A DNA stretch of 64,000 nt from an uncultured Gammaproteobacteria bacterium (GTDB taxonomy: Bacteria > Patescibacteriota > Patescibacteriia > Buchananbacterales > UBA6539). Positions 28,581-38,461 of the stretch are shown one piece after another (positions within the stretch are counted from its first letter, which is position 1; every line of letters begins with the position of its first letter). The stretch spans positions 99,346 through 163,345 of the forward strand of contig CAZINP010000002.1 in NCBI GenBank assembly GCA_964540635.1, in the 5' to 3' direction. Made by a program: the position numbers and the translations under genes. A model generated the notes under the pieces. The model worked only from the letters and a program-made list of their open reading frames with translations, did not search any database and was not told the origin of the DNA.

Positions 28581-29388
28581 TTTTTACATTCTTAATTACC
28601 GAGACAATGGTTAAATTATCAAGCTTAACCAATGATTGAATATATATGGTTTGAAAAAATGTATTCGGTTCCGAAACAATACGATTTACTTTTCCAATAA
28701 TCAATCCTCGTGGAATTAAAGATTCAATTCCCGAAGTAGTAATAATATCCCCTTCTTTTACCTCTTCGCCCAAAGGCACCAATTCCATCTTTAGCGAAAG
28801 CCCGTGTTCACCAGAAACTACGCCCTTGCTATTTGCATGATTTAAGATCAAAGCGGCAATTTGACTACGAGAATCATTGATTAAAATCGCTTCAGAGCTC
28901 ATAGCTTTAACGGCGTTAATTTTTCCAACAATCACCCCCTTATCACTGATTACCGGCAATCCAGCTACAATGCCATCTTTTTGACCTTTATCCAAAATAA
29001 TTGATTGCATATTTGGCTCAGGATTTTTGCCGATTACTCTGGCACTAACCGACTCCAGACTTGCTTCTGAAACAAATTGACACTGCTTAGTTTGCTCTTC
29101 GTTTTCCTGAAGCTTTAAACGTAAACTGGCATTCTCAATTGAAAGCTGGATTAACGACTCCTTCACCTTCTCGTTTTCTGCTTTGATTTGACTAATATTA
29201 AAACGAGTTGAGTAAAGATCATTAAAGCCAGAGCCAACGGAATAGATGCCGGCGTTTATTGGCGAGAACAATCTTATTAATCTGTCTTCAAAAAATGACA
29301 GAACTGAAATATAATGCAAAAAAATTAGCAGAATGACCGCTGCTAAAAGCAAAACCGAGAGTTTTGTCCTACGAAAAAACTTCCACAT
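28573..29388 (-). CDS. mreC: Rod shape-determining protein MreC
   Basis: N-terminal TM, coiled coil, two beta-domains; follows mreB. Confidence 0.75.
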   Translation of the reverse strand: MWKFFRRTKLSVLLLAAVILLIFLHYISVLSFFEDRLIRLFSPINAGIYSVGSGFNDLYSTRFNISQIKAENEKVKESLIQLSIENASLRLKLQENEEQTKQCQFVSEASLESVSARVIGKNPEPNMQSIILDKGQKDGIVAGLPVISDKGVIVGKINAVKAMSSEAILINDSRSQIAALILNHANSKGVVSGEHGLSLKMELVPLGEEVKEGDIITTSGIESLIPRGLIIGKVNRIVSEPNTFFQTIYIQSLVKLDNLTIVSVIKNVKND

Positions 29389-29398
29389 ATTTTAAATT

Positions 29399-30463
29399 TT
29401 ATCTTGATGTTTTTTCTTCTTTCATTGAAGAAGGAACCGCTACTTCATGAAGCAAATTATCGTCATCCAAAATTACGCCCATTCCCCTTACAGCGCAAGT
29501 TTGTGGGTCGTCAACAATCTTAATCGGAATTTTTGTTGCATTAAAAATTGCCTTTTCAATTCCAGCCAACATTGCGCCACCACCAGCCAAAACCATTCCT
29601 TTTTGAAAAATATCTGCCACTAATTCCGGCGGTGTGATTTCAAGCGTACTTTTAATACCATCAATTATACTGGCAACGGAACGGCTAATCGCCTGCTGGA
29701 TTTGTTCGCTGGAAATGACAACTTCTTTTGGCAAACCTGTCACAAAATCACGTCCCCTCATTCTTAAATCCTGCTCCTTTTCTTCGGTACCAATAATTGA
29801 AGCTCTAATTTTTAAATCTTCGGCCAAGCTTTCACCAACAAGCAGATTAAATTCGTTCTTGGCATAATTTATAATATCTTGATTTAATTTGTTGCCGGCA
29901 ATCCGAAGAGACTTCCAAGCCACTACACCCGAAAGAGAAATTACGGCCACCTCAGTAATACCGCCGCCAATATCAACCACCATATTGCCCGACGGATCTT
30001 GTATTGGCAAACGAGCGCCAATCGCAGTCGCAATAACATTCTCCACCAAATAAACTTCTCTTGCGCCAGCGGACAAAACCACATCTTCAACCGCCTTTTT
30101 TTCCACTTCGGTTACATCAAGCGGTACGCCAATTACCACTCTTGGTCGTGGTGACAAACCATAGCTTTGTTGATATATTCTATCAATAAAATACTTAAGC
30201 ATTTTCTCCGTAACCTCAAAATCTGAGATAATACCATCCACTAATGGTCTGGAAATTGTAATATGGGGCGGCGTTTTACCGAGCATTTGCTGAGCCTCTT
30301 GTCCAACTGCCAAAATCTGATCGTTGCGGTTGTTTAGAGCAACAATTGATGCTTCGCGCACAACAATTCCCCTATCCTTAACGTAAATCAAAGTATTTGA
30401 TGTGCCCAAATCAATGCCGACATCTTTGGTAAATTTTTTAAATAAATTGCTGAAATTAAACAT
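29399..30463 (-). CDS. mreB: Rod shape-determining protein MreB
   Basis: GIDLGTSNTLIYV actin-fold phosphate-1 motif. Confidence 0.9.
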   Translation of the reverse strand: MFNFSNLFKKFTKDVGIDLGTSNTLIYVKDRGIVVREASIVALNNRNDQILAVGQEAQQMLGKTPPHITISRPLVDGIISDFEVTEKMLKYFIDRIYQQSYGLSPRPRVVIGVPLDVTEVEKKAVEDVVLSAGAREVYLVENVIATAIGARLPIQDPSGNMVVDIGGGITEVAVISLSGVVAWKSLRIAGNKLNQDIINYAKNEFNLLVGESLAEDLKIRASIIGTEEKEQDLRMRGRDFVTGLPKEVVISSEQIQQAISRSVASIIDGIKSTLEITPPELVADIFQKGMVLAGGGAMLAGIEKAIFNATKIPIKIVDDPQTCAVRGMGVILDDDNLLHEVAVPSSMKEEKTSR

Positions 30464-30559
30464 ATTAGTATTGGTATTTTACGGCTAATTCAGGAATTTT
30501 GCAATAAAAATTTTGGCTTATTTTAATTAATAAAAAATGGCTAAAATTAGACAAAAATA

Positions 30560-31801
30560 TTAATCTTTTAACATTTTCAATAATTTTTTTTCGTCAACCA
30601 ATTCCACTGAATCTTCTTTTCTTTTTTTGACCTCAACTTTATTTCCGGTTTTTTCAGAGACCACCAACCTATAAGGCAGACCCAGCAAATCAGAATCAGC
30701 AAATTTTTGACCGGCAGAAGGCTCAAACCTGTCGTCAAATAAGACTTCAATATTTTCAGCAGTCAATTTTTTATACAGGGATTCTGCCTTGTCAACAATT
30801 TTTTGATCCTTGCCTAAAACCAAAAGATGAACCTTTAGCGGCGCAATTGATTCCGGCCAAACTATTCCTTTTTCGTCATGATAGACCTCAACAACAGTGC
30901 CCATCACCCGGCTTGGGCCAATCCCATAGCAACCCATCATTACCGGCTTTCTTTGTCCTTCTTCATCGGTAAAAAACAATTCAAGCGGTTGAGAGTATTT
31001 GTTCTTCAATGGAAAAATATTACCAACTTCAATGGCCTTACCCTCAATAATTTTTCCTTTACACTTGGGACAAGTATCACCTTGCTTATATTCATATATC
31101 TCCTTATTGCGCGCGTATGAACATTTTTCACAATAATAAATCGTATCTTCACCGGCATCTGCCAAAACTTGATATTCGTGTGAAAATTTAGAGAAGCTGC
31201 CACCGGAAGCTTCAGTCAAAAACGCATTAAGGCCGCAACGTTTAAAAATATTATCATAAGCTCCCATAACTTTCTGATAATAATCGTCCAAATCGGCTTC
31301 ACTGGCATGAAAGCTGTATAAATCTTTCATTGAAAATTCTATTCCCCTCAGCAAACCTGACTTGGCCCTAGGCTCGTTTCGAAATTTGTCCTGAATCTGA
31401 TAAGCGGCAAATGGCAAATCCTTGTAGCTGTTCACAAATTTTTTTGCCAAGGTGGTAATAATTTCTTCGTGCGTCCAACCAAGACCATAATCTTTTTCGC
31501 CCCTGCCCTTAAACTGAAACATCACTTCCGGCCCGGGATCTGACCAGCGACCGGTTTTTGCCCAGGGCTCTTTAGGCTGGAGGGCAGGCATAAAAATTTC
31601 TTGCCCACCAATGGCATTCATTTCCTCCCTGATTATATTTTTAATTTTATTTAAAACCAAGAGACCCAACGGCAAAAAAGTATAAACACCGGCCGTTAAT
31701 TTATCAACTAAACCGGCACGAATAAGCAGCACTGAATTCAAACTGATCTCATCCTTTGGCGCTTCTTTTAGGGACTTGGTGAATAGATTTGATTGCCTCA
31801 T
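30560..31801 (-). CDS. proS: Proline--tRNA ligase, short form lacking the INS editing domain
   Basis: N-terminus MRQSNLFTKSLKE...LLIRAGLV matches ProRS; 413 aa; C-x2-C...C-x2-C cluster. Confidence 0.75.
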   Translation of the reverse strand: MRQSNLFTKSLKEAPKDEISLNSVLLIRAGLVDKLTAGVYTFLPLGLLVLNKIKNIIREEMNAIGGQEIFMPALQPKEPWAKTGRWSDPGPEVMFQFKGRGEKDYGLGWTHEEIITTLAKKFVNSYKDLPFAAYQIQDKFRNEPRAKSGLLRGIEFSMKDLYSFHASEADLDDYYQKVMGAYDNIFKRCGLNAFLTEASGGSFSKFSHEYQVLADAGEDTIYYCEKCSYARNKEIYEYKQGDTCPKCKGKIIEGKAIEVGNIFPLKNKYSQPLELFFTDEEGQRKPVMMGCYGIGPSRVMGTVVEVYHDEKGIVWPESIAPLKVHLLVLGKDQKIVDKAESLYKKLTAENIEVLFDDRFEPSAGQKFADSDLLGLPYRLVVSEKTGNKVEVKKRKEDSVELVDEKKLLKMLKD

Positions 31802-31831
31802 TGTCTTAATAATTATTTTATTAACTATAAA

Positions 31832-32209
31832 TTAACCGAATAATCTCTGCCAAAAATTTTTTTTATCTTCGTCGTGATCAACTTTTTCTTGCTGCTGGTT
31901 GTGCATCTGATTCTCAATTAAACCCTGTAATCTCCTCCCCTCCGCTTCAACTGCCGGTCCATCGTAATCGGCGCTGTGCGCGTTGGCATTGGCATAAGAA
32001 GTTTTTTTCTGATCTAAGTGGAGATTGATTGAAACGCGATTATCCCTGTCAGTTTCAATGTAAACATGAAATCTCGGATAGAAAACATCTGAGAGCCTGC
32101 GAATATAGCTGGTTTTGCCGGTATTGTAATCGTTGAATTGATGATAGCCGGCACGACGCATAAAAACTAACAAATTCTGCTTAAAATCAAAAGGGATATT
32201 TATTTTCAT
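31832..32209 (-). CDS. Hypothetical protein with a Q/N/H-rich low-complexity C-tail (start likely MKINIPF)
   Basis: No recognised family. Confidence 0.35.
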   Translation of the reverse strand: MKINIPFDFKQNLLVFMRRAGYHQFNDYNTGKTSYIRRLSDVFYPRFHVYIETDRDNRVSINLHLDQKKTSYANANAHSADYDGPAVEAEGRRLQGLIENQMHNQQQEKVDHDEDKKNFWQRLFG

Positions 32210-32214
32210 AGTGA

Positions 32215-33381
32215 TTAAAATAAACCTGAAATTTGCTGCCACCAATTAACAAATCCGGATGAAACTCGGGCAATATCTCTAAATGTAACAATGACAACCA
32301 AAATCATTAACAAGGCAAAACCGATATTGTGCATTGCGGCTTCAAATTTTTGATTTACCGGCTTACGCCTTATTCCTTCAATAAGCAAGAAGAAAACCCG
32401 ACCGCCATCAAGAGCCGGAAAAGGCAAAAAGTTTATGACCGCAATGAGGATTGAAAGTATAGCGGTAAACTGAACGATATAGAGAAAACCCATCCTGGCC
32501 GCGTCACCAACCATTCCGGCAATACCAACCGGTCCGTAGACTTCGCCGATCATCTGCCTTTGAACAATTAAATTTTTAAGCATCGCCCAAAAACCATACA
32601 GCACGCCGACAATTGTTTTAAATGTTTCGCCCAAACCGTACCACCAGGAAATATACCAGGGATAAGATACATATCCGATTTTAACAAGGGCCACGCCAAT
32701 TCCGCCTTTTTTTGTTTCGCCCAATACTATTGGTGAAATTTCTAGATTCATTTCTTCATCTTCTCGCAATATTTTTACCGAAACAGTCTGGCCGACTTTG
32801 TCATTCATATAAACCTGAATATCTTCAATTTTTGGAAATTCTTTCTGGTCAATGGAAACAACGCTATCACCGACTTTTATACCTGCCTTATCTGCCGGTG
32901 AGCCGGATAGGACTTCGACGATATTAACTTTTTCGTTACTCACTTTGGCTAATTTCGGCAAATTATTATCGATCATCTGGGGCGAGCCAAAAGTTAAACT
33001 TAAAGTCAGAAGAAAGGCTGCCAAAACAAAGTTCATAAAAACGCCGGCGGAAACAATTACAATTCTCTTCCAAACTTTTTGAGAAACAAAACTGTCTGAA
33101 TCCTTCGGACCATCACCGTCTTCACCTTTGATTTTTACAAATCCGCCAAGGGGGATCCAATTTAAAGACCAAATGGTTTTTTTGGTGTCAATTTGGCCCA
33201 TGCCAACTTTTTTAATTTTACCCGCCTCATCACGGTAAAATCCGATTATCCTGGGAGGAAGCCCCAGGCCAAACTCATCCACCTTAACGCCAAAACGACG
33301 AGCAGTGCAAAAATGACCGGCTTCATGAACCAAAACTAAAATACTTAGAACCGCAAAAAAAGCAATAAGAGTTAACAACAT
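32215..33381 (-). CDS. rseP: RIP site-2 zinc metalloprotease RseP
   Basis: HEAGHF (HExxH), PDZ domain, LDGG motif. Confidence 0.85.
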   Translation of the reverse strand: MLLTLIAFFAVLSILVLVHEAGHFCTARRFGVKVDEFGLGLPPRIIGFYRDEAGKIKKVGMGQIDTKKTIWSLNWIPLGGFVKIKGEDGDGPKDSDSFVSQKVWKRIVIVSAGVFMNFVLAAFLLTLSLTFGSPQMIDNNLPKLAKVSNEKVNIVEVLSGSPADKAGIKVGDSVVSIDQKEFPKIEDIQVYMNDKVGQTVSVKILREDEEMNLEISPIVLGETKKGGIGVALVKIGYVSYPWYISWWYGLGETFKTIVGVLYGFWAMLKNLIVQRQMIGEVYGPVGIAGMVGDAARMGFLYIVQFTAILSILIAVINFLPFPALDGGRVFFLLIEGIRRKPVNQKFEAAMHNIGFALLMILVVIVTFRDIARVSSGFVNWWQQISGLF

Positions 33382-33383
33382 AG

Positions 33384-33935
33384 TTAAATAGTCATTATTT
33401 CATCTTCTTTTTTCTCGCCAATTTCTTCGGCCTTTGTTGTATATTCTTTGGTGGTTTCGTCAAGTTTTTTCAACAGCAAAAACCGATCATCTTCGGTTAG
33501 CTCCTTGTCTTTCTCCATCTTACTGATTGTTTCTTTTATTTTATCGCGAACCTGCCTAAAAACAATTTTTGTTTTTTCCAATTTCTCCCTAACCTGCTTA
33601 ACTAAATCCTTACGATTCTCTTCGGTTAGTTGAGGCACAGTCAAACGAATCTGGGCGCCCTCATTAACCGGTGAAATTCCGATATTGGCCTGGATAATAG
33701 CTTTTTCCACCTCTTTAGACAACGTTTTATCCCACGGCTGAATCAGCAGGGTTCGGGCTTCCGGTACGGTAATAGAGGCCATTTGCTTTATCGGCATCTT
33801 TGAGCCGTAAGCATCAACCAAAATTCCTTCCACCATAACCGGATTGGCACGACCAACCCTTAATGTCATAAGTTCACTCTTAAGCATTTCCAAACCTTTT
33901 TCAAATTCAGGTTTATGTTGTTCAATAATTTGCAT
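33384..33935 (-). CDS. frr: Ribosome recycling factor
   Basis: 183 aa, conserved RLTVPQLTEE region. Confidence 0.9.
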   Translation of the reverse strand: MQIIEQHKPEFEKGLEMLKSELMTLRVGRANPVMVEGILVDAYGSKMPIKQMASITVPEARTLLIQPWDKTLSKEVEKAIIQANIGISPVNEGAQIRLTVPQLTEENRKDLVKQVREKLEKTKIVFRQVRDKIKETISKMEKDKELTEDDRFLLLKKLDETTKEYTTKAEEIGEKKEDEIMTI

Positions 33936-33954
33936 AGTTAAAAATGATAATTAA

Positions 33955-35013
33955 TTATTTTTTCTTAGCAATATTTGTAAAACCCATATAAATAATATCT
34001 GGATTAACCGGATCAATTAAAATGGCTGTTGCGGCGGCGTTTGTCGGTAAGCGTTTTGTAACCCAGCTATTACCGCCGTCTGTGGTTTTGTAGAATGTGG
34101 TGGCGGTGGCGTAATATATTTCTTTATTATTTTTAGGATTAACGGCAAGTGAATAAATTTCAGCACTACCAGGCTGAGTAACCAATTTTATTGCTTCCCA
34201 GGTATTTCCGCCGTCACTTGTTTTTAACAAACCATATTTTGTAGCAATAATTAGCGACCCGGGCTGGGTTAAATCAAAAACCATAGCCTTAAACTCATTT
34301 GCCCCGGTAAAACTTTTTAGACCGTCATTAATGTTTACCCACGTCAAACCAGCACCTTCTGACTTATAAATTCCTTTTGTTTTTGTGGCAAAATAAATAC
34401 TCCCAGAATCATTTGGATCAACTAAAATTTTAACGACTTTATCCCCTAATTTATTTATTGTCTGCCAGTTCACGCCGCCATCTATGCTCTTTAATATTTC
34501 GCCACCAGCGTTACCGGCATAAACAATCTTGCTATCATTCAAATCAACCGCTAAAGCTGTAGTGGCAAATTTTGCACCGCGGGTTTCCAGAAAAATTTCT
34601 GACCAATTTCTATTGCAATCATCTGATTTCAAGATCGTATTGGCAAAAGTTGCATAAATCGTACACTTGTCTTCCGAATCAATAGCAATTGATTCAATTA
34701 AACCGTCTCCCACCTGGACCGCCTTTTGCCAACTTTCCGCACCGTCATAGCTATATAGCAAGCCGCCTGTATCTGAATTAATATATATACCTTTTTTATC
34801 GGACGGATCCATGGTCAGCCCCAAAACATTTACGCCAGAAATTTTGCCGACGCCACCGGATGATAAAAACTGATTTTTTTCAACCCATTTTTCTCCCCTA
34901 TCAACTGATTTAAAAACCCCTACCGTTACCGCCTGATTACCGCCTCCAAGCTTTATGGTGCAAGCCGGTAAAAACAGCAGAGAAAAAATAAATAATAGTC
35001 CAATTTTTTTCAT
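33955..35013 (-). CDS. BNR/Asp-box repeat beta-propeller lipoprotein (Ycf48-like)
   Basis: Six S-x-D-x-G-x-T-W repeats (SVDRGEKW, SYDGAESW, SIDGGVNW, SEGAGLTW, TSDGGNTW, TTDGGNSW); lipobox LPAC. Confidence 0.6.
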   Translation of the reverse strand: MKKIGLLFIFSLLFLPACTIKLGGGNQAVTVGVFKSVDRGEKWVEKNQFLSSGGVGKISGVNVLGLTMDPSDKKGIYINSDTGGLLYSYDGAESWQKAVQVGDGLIESIAIDSEDKCTIYATFANTILKSDDCNRNWSEIFLETRGAKFATTALAVDLNDSKIVYAGNAGGEILKSIDGGVNWQTINKLGDKVVKILVDPNDSGSIYFATKTKGIYKSEGAGLTWVNINDGLKSFTGANEFKAMVFDLTQPGSLIIATKYGLLKTSDGGNTWEAIKLVTQPGSAEIYSLAVNPKNNKEIYYATATTFYKTTDGGNSWVTKRLPTNAAATAILIDPVNPDIIYMGFTNIAKKK

Positions 35014-35022
35014 ACTTATTAT

Positions 35023-36045
35023 TTAAAAATTTAAAACTAAATTTTCCAAGGTTAGGCGTGAATTAGCATTTGCTTCAAGAAAAAATTTTGCTTGATCAAT
35101 CTCTTTAATTAGAGAAATAATTTTTTGCTGGCCCAATTTTTTGCCTAAATCTTTTGCCTCTTTCAAAAAGGCTTGATTGGCAATTTGATTTTCAGCATAA
35201 ATTGAAACAGCAGCATCTCTCAAAACGTTTTTCCAAATTAATATTTCTTCTTTTATCTCCGAAATGTCGCCCGCCTCAGCCACCTTATTCACAGCTTTAA
35301 GCCTAGAGGCAGTATCACCTTTAAATAATTCAAAAACATTTTTGATTTTTTCTTTGTATTCTTCATAGTAATCCGGCTCAAGGAAATATTTTACAGCCAA
35401 ACCGGGTCGGCCAAACGAGACTGCCGCTAATTTTAAAGCCTTCTTTTTATCACAGCCCAAATTAATTAAACCCGATACAATTTCATCCGTTGAAACGGGT
35501 AAAAATTTTATCGCCTGACAACGAGAAGCAATGGTTGCCGGCAGAGCTGAAAGATTTTGTACCAATAAAATAAGAATCGTATTTGGAGATGGTTCTTCTA
35601 AAGTTTTAAGTAAAGAATTTGCCGCTTCCTGACTTAGGGTGTGAGCCTGATCAATTATCCCGGCTTTATAACCATCCAAAAATGAATGCAAATTTAATTT
35701 CTCCTGCAAGTCTCTAATTTGTTCAATACTTATATTTTTTTTCATTTTTCCGGAATCGTTGGTTTCAAGAGAAATCCAACTAATATCCGGATGCACTTTG
35801 TTTATCAACTGCCGGCAACATTCACATTTATTGCACGGCACAACCTCTTTTTTATCTTTCAGATGGCGGCAAACCAAAGAACCAATCAAAAACTCGGCTA
35901 CGCTTGATTTGCCAATATTTTCCGGGCCAACAAATATATAAGCATGGGCAATGCGCCCACGAGTAATATTTTTTTGCAGAAAATCAATAATTTTAGTATG
36001 ACCAATTAATGGCCACCTAAATTGACAATTTTGCTCTTTTATCAT
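35023..36045 (-). CDS. holB: DNA polymerase III subunit delta'
   Basis: AAA+ Walker A GPENIGKS; zinc-module Cys. Confidence 0.8.
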   Translation of the reverse strand: MIKEQNCQFRWPLIGHTKIIDFLQKNITRGRIAHAYIFVGPENIGKSSVAEFLIGSLVCRHLKDKKEVVPCNKCECCRQLINKVHPDISWISLETNDSGKMKKNISIEQIRDLQEKLNLHSFLDGYKAGIIDQAHTLSQEAANSLLKTLEEPSPNTILILLVQNLSALPATIASRCQAIKFLPVSTDEIVSGLINLGCDKKKALKLAAVSFGRPGLAVKYFLEPDYYEEYKEKIKNVFELFKGDTASRLKAVNKVAEAGDISEIKEEILIWKNVLRDAAVSIYAENQIANQAFLKEAKDLGKKLGQQKIISLIKEIDQAKFFLEANANSRLTLENLVLNF

Positions 36046-36116
36046 GCTATTATTTTACCCTTAATCCCAGCTTTTGGCAAGGTCAAATTATGACATAAAA
36101 AATAATTATTTTCAAT

Positions 36117-36148
36117 AAAAAAACCGGGCGAACCCGGCTCTTTTATTT
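36117..36148 (-). terminator. Intrinsic (bidirectional) terminator
   Basis: aaaaaaa CCGGGCGAACCCGG ctcttttattt. Confidence 0.6.
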
Positions 36149-36154
36149 AACAGA

Positions 36155-37195
36155 TTAATTCCAAATTTTTATGGCTTCGTTCCAAATTTCCGGTTCACTA
36201 TTTAATTTAAGCCAATACCAATATTCCACTCCCCAAAAATAAACTTTCTTAAAACCAGCTTTTTTAACATATTCCACATTAGAAATAAACCTTTTGGCCG
36301 AGAAAGATTGGTCTCTTTCTTTCTTTGTCAAATCAATCATGCTTTTATTAAACGTCCAGGGCTCCATCTGCAACTCAGTCACAATCACCTCTTTCAAATT
36401 GGGGTGAAACAATTCCGTCAGATCAGCCTTGAATCGATAAAAAGCCGGGGGCAAGAAAAAATAATCAAAGAATCCCAAATATTTGTTCCAAACGATACGG
36501 TAGAGAGTTGTTCCCAAGACATCAGAAACCGAGGCCGCCGATTGCCATGAAGAAAGTTCGCCGCTATCTGAAACTAAAATTTGTCTTTGCGGATCTAACT
36601 CTTTAACTTTTTCAATTTCTTTTTTTAACAAATCCTTGTTCGGCTTTGGACACATGCCAAAAGTAGAGAGAAACGGCTCGTTTTCTACCTGCCAAAGCTC
36701 GATTGACCTATTATTCTTAAAATGTCCGATTACTGCCGCAACAAAAGTAAGCAATTTTTCTTCCTCTTCACTTTCGCTCTTTTCCTTCAACCAAAGCGGA
36801 TCGTGACATTCAGGCCACCGGGGCGTTCTCCGCCCTAAAATAAGCTGAATTTTTGCTCCCCTGTCAGATGCCTGACTGACTTGCCAATCAAGGTCTTGAA
36901 AATTATAAACTCCTTCCATGTTCTCAATTTCGTCCCAATAAGCGATTAATCTAACATTTTTAACATTTAATTCGCCTAATATATCTACGTAAGCTTGCGT
37001 CCAGTCCAACCCCAACTCCCGGGCATATTTTTTACTAAATGTAATTCCAAATTCGGGATTTTTTCCTCCGGAAAAATCATAAAAAAAAGAACTCAAATAG
37101 ATTAAGAAAAAAAACGCCAAAAAAGAAAATAAAAAAATAAAAAAATATTTTTTTGTTTTTTTATCTATTTTGACTATTTTTTCACCTTTTTTCAT
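36155..37195 (-). CDS. Membrane-anchored glycoside hydrolase, clan GH-A (NEP motif). True start at the ATG at 37195
   Basis: N-terminal TM; catalytic-acid motif WQVENEP; extended -10 7 nt upstream of the ATG. Confidence 0.55.
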   Translation of the reverse strand: MKKGEKIVKIDKKTKKYFFIFLFSFLAFFFLIYLSSFFYDFSGGKNPEFGITFSKKYARELGLDWTQAYVDILGELNVKNVRLIAYWDEIENMEGVYNFQDLDWQVSQASDRGAKIQLILGRRTPRWPECHDPLWLKEKSESEEEEKLLTFVAAVIGHFKNNRSIELWQVENEPFLSTFGMCPKPNKDLLKKEIEKVKELDPQRQILVSDSGELSSWQSAASVSDVLGTTLYRIVWNKYLGFFDYFFLPPAFYRFKADLTELFHPNLKEVIVTELQMEPWTFNKSMIDLTKKERDQSFSAKRFISNVEYVKKAGFKKVYFWGVEYWYWLKLNSEPEIWNEAIKIWN

Positions 37196-37201
37196 AAAAA
37201 T

Positions 37202-37246
37202 ATTATAACACAAAAACAAAAAACACAAAAACTTAAAGTTTTTGTG
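37202..37246 (-). promoter_or_regulatory. Extended -10 promoter TGTGTTATAAT plus a 23-bp perfect palindrome (37224..37246) over the -35 region
   Basis: cacaaaaactt-a-aagtttttgtg inverted repeat directly upstream of tgtgttataat atttttATG. Confidence 0.5.
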
Positions 37247-37261
37247 TTTTTTATCCAGCTA

Positions 37262-37381
37262 TTAAGCGATATTCTTTTTGCCTCGTCTTAAATCTTTGGT
37301 TTTTTTGGCCAAAGCTTTTCCGATGCGGGTGTTTTTTTTAGCATGCTTCATCCTGGATTTTAGTGCGCTGTTTTGTCCCAT
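37262..37381 (-). CDS. 39-aa highly basic peptide (MGQNSALKSRMKHAKKNTRIGKALAKKTKDLRRGKKNIA)
   Basis: Fills the gap between the mreB paralog and the GH gene in the same orientation; a ribosomal-protein-like composition. Confidence 0.3.
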   Translation of the reverse strand: MGQNSALKSRMKHAKKNTRIGKALAKKTKDLRRGKKNIA

Positions 37382-37396
37382 AATATTTCATCTAAA

Positions 37397-38410
37397 TTAT
37401 TTAATTAAAAATATACTTCTCTTATACGACTCAAGATTTTCAAGCGCAATGCCGGTTCCTTTGGCCACACAAAAAAGCGGGCCTTCGGCAACATAAGTCG
37501 GCACCCCAGTTGCTTCTGTAATCAATCTATCAATATTTCTTAACTGACTTGAACCGCCAGACATAATAATTCCCTTATCGATTACGTCAGCTGATAATTC
37601 CGGCGGAGTTCTGTGCAAAACATCTTTAACTGCCTGAATGATACCCTCTAATTCATTTTGAATAGCATCAGTTACATCATCAGATGTAACCGTTACTGTT
37701 CTGGGCAATCCAGAAACCGTATCTCGTCCCCTTACATCCATTGTCAGAGGTTCTTCCATATACATGGCCGAGCCAACCTCAATCTTTACTTTCTCGGCCG
37801 ATCTTTCGCCCACGGCTAAATTATATTTTCGTCTAATATGCTCTGCAATAGCGCCGTCCAAACGATTACCGCCGATTCTTACGGAAGTTGAAGAAACAAT
37901 ACCGCCCAAAGAAATAACCGCCATTTCCGAGGTGCCACCACCGATATCAATAATCATATGCCCTGACGGCGAACCGATTGGAATGTCAGCCCCAATGGCA
38001 GCCACAATCGGTTCTTTAATAATGTAGGCTGCTTTGGCACCAGCTGCAATCGTTGCATCAATTACCGCTCTTCTTTCAGTTGAAGTGATACCAGCCGGTA
38101 CAGCAACCATTACTTCCGGCCTAAAGAGTCTGACGCCACCCAAAGCTTTATTAACAAAATAACGCAACATTGCCGCCGTAGTTTTATAATCAGCAATTAC
38201 GCCATCCTTCATCGGCCTAACGGCAATAATGGTTTCCGGCGTGCGCCCAAGCATTTCTTTTGCCTCAACCCCAACGGCAAGAATCTTCTTGTCAACCGCA
38301 GAAACCGCAACAACTGAAGGCTCATTAATCACGATACCACGCTTTGGGACATAAACAAGGGAATTTGTTGTTCCCAGGTCAATTCCGATTTTCTTAATCA
38401 TTTTAAACAT
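37397..38410 (-). CDS. MreB-like actin homolog, second paralog
   Basis: GIDLGTTNSLVYV and full actin fold; embedded in the glycosyltransferase operon. Confidence 0.8.
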   Translation of the reverse strand: MFKMIKKIGIDLGTTNSLVYVPKRGIVINEPSVVAVSAVDKKILAVGVEAKEMLGRTPETIIAVRPMKDGVIADYKTTAAMLRYFVNKALGGVRLFRPEVMVAVPAGITSTERRAVIDATIAAGAKAAYIIKEPIVAAIGADIPIGSPSGHMIIDIGGGTSEMAVISLGGIVSSTSVRIGGNRLDGAIAEHIRRKYNLAVGERSAEKVKIEVGSAMYMEEPLTMDVRGRDTVSGLPRTVTVTSDDVTDAIQNELEGIIQAVKDVLHRTPPELSADVIDKGIIMSGGSSQLRNIDRLITEATGVPTYVAEGPLFCVAKGTGIALENLESYKRSIFLIK

Positions 38411-38461
38411 AAAATTTAATTGATTTGCGTCCTTAATCCTAACATAAAAATATAATTATGT

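Noticed and set aside
37278-37496. 72-aa plus-strand ORF
   Set aside because: It is antisense to the 39-aa basic peptide and the mreB-paralog terminus in a promoter region, and its composition is implausible.
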